Shown here: positions 14,611-15,086 of the stretch, in pieces
Layout: each line of letters opens with the position of its first letter
Numbering within the stretch: the stretch's first letter is position 1
Origin: Candidatus Hodarchaeota archaeon
Lineage (GTDB): Archaea > Asgardarchaeota > Heimdallarchaeia > Hodarchaeales > Hodarchaeaceae
Length of the DNA: 15,086 nucleotides
Direction of reading: 5' to 3'
Assembly (NCBI GenBank): GCA_016839785.1
Contig: JAEOTQ010000064.1
Location: 1-15,086 of the forward strand
Position numbers and translations under genes: made by a program
Notes under the pieces: generated by a model
What the model was told of the DNA's origin: nothing
Databases searched by the model: none
Seen by the model: the letters and a program-made list of their open reading frames with translations, nothing else

Positions 14611-15086
14611 CTACCCACTAGGTTTTTCTAAGAAATTAGTACCGATAAGATTCTTGATTCTACCCCACCTAGGTAGCATATAACCAACATAAATGGGAAG
14701 GAATAACGCTAAGTAAAGTATCATGAATTCACTTCCAATTTGGGGAAAAAAATTTTGAGTAATAATGAATAATAGAAGAATTGAACCAAAATAATAAAAT
14801 TGAATAATGGTTCGCATTAATCCCTTCAAGAACCAGTGGATGGGAAGGTGTTTATTATGAAGAATAAAATAGAAATAAGTTCCGAGAGAATAAAAGAATA
14901 AAGTTACTCCTACGAGAGAACTACCAGCAATACTAAGTAACAATGCGTTTTCTCTTGAGTAGATTCTTCCTGAGGTGAAGAGAAGAAACCAGAAGGTAAT
15001 TCCAGCAGCCATAAGTCCATAACTCAAACCCACAAGTCCAATTGCCTTCTGGATCTGTACAGGCTCTTGAGCACTGATTTTTTCCA
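14611..15086 (-). CDS. Membrane protein (at least 4 TM), 5' end at or beyond the window edge
   Basis: The frame stays open upstream of GTG 15033 to the last base (EKISAQEPVQIQKAIGLVGLSYG...). Four hydrophobic segments. Confidence 0.7.
   Translation of the reverse strand, partial: EKISAQEPVQIQKAIGLVGLSYGLMAAGITFWFLLFTSGRIYSRENALLLSIAGSSLVGVTLFFYSLGTYFYFILHNKHLPIHWFLKGLMRTIIQFYYFGSILLLFIITQNFFPQIGSEFMILYLALFLPIYVGYMLPRWGRIKNLIGTNFLEKPSG

Overview
AT-rich, gene-dense archaeal-type chromosomal segment. An Asgard archaeon (Heimdallarchaeia/Hodarchaeales-like) is the best guess. This is inferred from a 7TM-plus-longin-like protein, a PGF-CTERM-like tail, an archaeal-type Mrp/Nbp35, an Lrp regulator and TATA-like promoters. 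Contents in order: two tandem membrane-anchored Kelch-propeller + FN3 surface proteins (the first cut by the window edge), a DUF362 protein, a SagB-type nitroreductase, a thioredoxin-like + VKOR locus coupled to Mrp/Nbp35, a 7TM-longin-like protein, a DUF364 protein, three small unknown ORFs behind a perfect 12-bp inverted repeat, an 8TM protein divergent from an Lrp/AsnC regulator, a Pro-rich/acidic tail-anchored protein, an AP_endonuc_2 TIM-barrel enzyme and a truncated membrane protein. The strongest hidden signal is that the ORF track splits what appears to be one ~360-aa signal peptide-thioredoxin-TM-VKOR fusion, broken by a frameshift at ~5674-5719 and carrying an unusual CGC loop. No rRNA, tRNA, CRISPR array or transposase was recognised. 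All family calls come from motif recognition by eye; no database search was run.
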